DNA from: Octopus bimaculoides
Lineage: Eukaryota
Assembly (NCBI RefSeq): GCF_001194135.2
Contig: NC_068984.1
Location: forward strand, 132,088,562 to 132,126,574
Length of the DNA stretch: 38,013 nucleotides
Direction of reading: 5' to 3'
The position numbers and the translations under genes were made by a program. The first letter of the stretch is position 1; each line of letters opens with the position of its first letter. The notes under the pieces were generated by a model. That model was not told where the DNA came from. It saw only the letters and a list, made by a program, of their open reading frames with translations, and did no database searches. Of the stretch, positions 34,417 to 38,013 are shown in pieces.

Positions 34417-35046
34417 CTTATATTTTGAATTATATATATCGGGGCATCAAAATCTTTTAAGTACGTAGAGCTTCTCTGAGGCTTAACCCGGCTCTGGGTG
34501 AGTAGCTGCGTGGAGTATACGGCGCAATCACTCATACTTCCTCTCTTCTCTCTCTCTCTCTTTCCGTCTCTCTCTTCACCTCTCTCTTTCTCTCATTGCT
34601 CTAGATGACAAATGAAGCACAGAGGTCAATGAGTAGAAGTTCAAATGTCGGTTCTAGTCTACTGATGATGTCTGTTTATGGACGGTAACGCTTTGATATA
34701 GCAATCATATAACAAACGTTGTATTGATTAAAACTGACTGCAAATCTTCAAAAGATCAAATTTCACAACAATCAGAATCATTGTTCTCTGTCCTAGGACG
34801 AAATATTAAAACCCCATCTTCAAATTTCAACCTCCTTTTACCATATCCGAATAACAAGATACTCAATACTTCCATTTTCGTCTATCGTAGCAATGAACCT
34901 CGAGTTAAACACTGACCACGCAACACATCAAACTAAACAATACAATAGCCACCCGCCTATGTATCATACTTAACGCATAGACGTTGTCGGTAGGCCAGTT
35001 ACTGCAGCATTAGTCCTGATATAATATCTCTTATATACTTGTGTTC

Positions 35047-35200
35047 GGATTGGATTGGATTGCTCCATGTTCAGTCCACTGGAGGACGAAGGCCTCAGCA
35101 TGTTCTCTCCATCCAACCACGGTCCGATGGATTTGAGTTTGAGATCATACTGGTTTGATTATCCTACTCGGCCACATTGGCTGGACGTGACTTGGCAGAG
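35047..35200 (-). mobile_element. RTE-like LINE 3' terminal fragment
   Basis: Minus translation GWREHAEAFVLQWTEHG (recalled motif WRxxxEAxVxQW) followed by an (AATCC)n tail. Confidence 0.55.
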
Positions 35201-35358
35201 GGGTGCAGTTTTTATATTCATTTCCAGGGGTGGTAAGCTGATTACATCGACCCCTGTTCAACCAGAACATATTTTATTAACCCCGATAAGATATAAACCT
35301 CTCTCTTTCTCTCTCTCTTTCTCTCTCTCTCTTTTTCTCTCTCTCTTTNNNNNNNNNN

Positions 35359-35480
35359 AGACAGGTGGTGTAAACAACAAATGAATGTATTAGTTTAACG
35401 CTCGGGAACAGAGAAAGTCTTTCACGTTTCGAGCCTACGCTTTTCAACTGAAAGGAACACAGAAAGAAACAAGGAGAGAG
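35359..35480 (-). mobile_element. Penelope-like element terminal fragment with degenerate hammerhead core
   Basis: Minus: CAGTTGAAAAGCGTAGGCTCGAAACGT, similar to CTGATGA-A-GAG-loop-CTC-GAAAC. Assignment is from recalled PLE end structure. Confidence 0.5.
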
Positions 35481-35495
35481 AAAAAATAAATGTAG

Positions 35496-35527
<32 letters not shown>

Positions 35528-38013
35528 TGTATGTATGTATGTATGTGTGTGTGTGTGTGTGTGTGTGTTNNNNNNNNNNNNNNNNNNNNNNNNNNNNNNN
35601 NNNNNNNNNNNNNNNNNNNNNNNNNNNNNNNNNNNNNNNNNNNNNNNNNNNNNNNNNNNNNNNNNNNNNNNNNNNNNNNNNNNNNNNNNNNNNNNNNNNN
35701 NNNNNNNNNNNNNNNNNNNNNNNNNNNNNNNNNNNNNNNNNNNNNNNNNNNNNNNNNNNNNNNNNNNNNNNNNNNNNNNNNNNNNNNNNNNNNNNNNNNN
35801 NNNNNNNNNNNNNNNNNNNNNNNNNNNNNNNNNNNNNNNNNNNNNNNNNNNNNNNNNNNNNNNNNNNNNNNNNNNNNNNNNNNNNNNNNNNNNNNNNNNN
35901 NNNNNNNNNNNNNNNNNNNNNNNNNNNNNNNNNNNNNNNNNNNNNNNNNNNNNNNNNNNNNNNNNNNNNNNNNNNNNNNNNNNNNNNNNNNNNNNNNNNN
36001 NNNNNNNNNNNNNNNNNNNNNNNNNNNNNNNNNNNNNNNNNNNNNNNNNNNNNNNNNNNNNNNNNNNNNNNNNNNNNNNNNNNNNNNNNNNNNNNNNNNN
36101 NNNNNNNNNNNNNNNNNNNNNNNNNNNNNNNNNNNNNNNNNNNNNNNNNNNNNNNNNNNNNNNNNNNNNNNNNNNNNNNNNNNNNNNNNNNNNNNNNNNN
36201 NNNNNNNNNNNNNNNNNNNNNNNNNNNNNNNNNNNNNNNNNNNNNNNNNNNNNNNNNNNNNNNNNNNNNNNNNNNNNNNNNNNNNNNNNNNNNNNNNNNN
36301 NNNNNNNNNNNNNNNNNNNNNNNNNNNNNNNNNNNNNNNNNNNNNNNNNNNNNNNNNNNNNNNNNNNNNNNNNNNNNNNNNNNNNNNNNNNNNNNNNNNN
36401 NNNNNNNNNNNNNNNNNNNNNNNNNNNNNNNNNNNNNNNNNNNNNNNNNNNNNNNNNNNNNNNNNNNNNNNNNNNNNNTATATGTAGATAGAGAGAGAGG
36501 GGGGGAGAGACACGCATTTTGCAATCATGTGTCTGTGTGCCTGTATTCAAGTGTATGTATCTGTACATATACGTGCATGTGTGGTGGTGGGGGGGGGCTA
36601 CATTGCACGTGTGTCTGTGTAGACGGAAGCGTTGCTACTGATGTCGTTGTTGATTTTATTAACCTTTCCGCTTATATTACGCAATAAGACAATCGTTTTG
36701 AAGTGAACTCAAATTTGTTCAGGGAAATTTAGGTAGATTATTTTCGACGAGTGTCAAGTAACAAAACATGTGTCTGGAGTGAGGAAGAAAGCAACTGGCG
36801 TTTCAGAAGGATGATATCTTGTTTGCTTTGTGGTACAAAATCCTGTTGTAACGAATAGAATCACTGTTTCATTGGTCGATTTCAGCTGACGTATGTCGGC
36901 GACTTTTAATATCACCACAGATGAGAGATAATTTTTAAAAAACTATTCGTCTAACCTGGCTGCTATTGCCGATCTTGTGATGAATTAATGGCGATGTTGA
37001 AAGCTAATGGAAACTTGTCAAGTTATCGCCATTGTTTCGCATCGCATTCGATTATTAGTATCGCTTTAGTCTTTATTGTTTTTGTATAAAGATTACATCA
37101 AACAGATTAGTAGACATTATCGTAAAAATTAAAGAGCCTATCAGATAATATTTTCCGTATCTTTTGTTTGTGAAGTCAGAGAGCAAAAATCGGTCGATAA
37201 CGCTAAAATTTATCGTAGGAAATTAAACCCACGGCATTATTAAATAATGTTTACTATATGCAATAAAGCTTTTACTTCTGTCTATCATTTCTGCTTATTT
37301 TTCTAAATCTAAAACTTGTTTGCGCACTTCTGATGTCTGAGAAATTTACGCAACTGAGCAAGTTTACAGCAGTGGATGCGAAACTAAACTAAAAACAAAA
37401 AATAAACAAAAAATATAAAAACAAAATGATATTAGAAAAGAGATCAGAAACATTGATGTAAATAGATTCATGTGTTTTTTTTAATAATGTTTCTTTAATG
37501 ATTGCTGCTTGGTGAATGCAACTTAATATTCGTCTAAGAATATACACGCACGCGTGCACACACATACATACACGCGCGCGCGCATGGGGGATTGCTCCAT
37601 CTTCACAGATGATTACCGTCTTCCCTCGCTATCAATGACATTTCTAACATTCCGCCCATGACCTCTCAGATGACTATTCAGTTCTGCTGCAGAACTGCAT
37701 AGTTCGAAGCATAGGTGAGAGACGATAGTCGTAATTTACTGTGCACCTCCAACTGGTTAGGTCTGTAGACGTTGTCACTCTTCCGTTGCTAGGACTTTTC
37801 AGTAGATGGAATGACAAATGAGGTCACCATAAAGAGACATCTGTACTTAATTGCAGTATAGTGATAAACGCTTGTACAATACGAACAACACTCTCCGAGT
37901 CTCCGTGGTTAGTACTTAGTGACAGGCCGAAGTGAGATGACCAATAAATCACGTGAAACCGCAGATTTTACGTCAGAATGTTTCTCTCCTAGAAGGATTG
38001 TCTAACAACAGTG

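Overview
Eukaryotic, repeat-saturated DNA. It contains 8 assembly gaps and very dense di-, tri- and tetranucleotide microsatellites. The SINE families and microsatellite load look to me like an Octopus short-read assembly, which is an inference from recognised repeat sequences and not a database result. I found no confidently identifiable host protein-coding gene, rRNA, tRNA gene or CRISPR array. Almost all listed ORFs are translations of microsatellites, SINEs or N-gaps. The window is a transposon graveyard: several tRNA-derived SINE families, a decayed hAT/Charlie transposase with a piggyBac-type MITE inside it, abutting a Chapaev3-like 5' half that itself holds a SINE, a Tx1-type LINE fragment with a nested SINE and 14-bp TSD, RTE 3' ends, mariner, Tc2-like and hAT MITEs with clean TIRs/TSDs, and a degenerate (TAACCC)n array. 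The most interesting observations are a 110-bp element found three times and always embedded in (TATG)n, a degenerate hammerhead-ribozyme core in a Penelope-like end, a perfect 19-bp fold-back created inside a SINE head, mosaic SINEs with swapped modules, and several weak micro-exon candidates.
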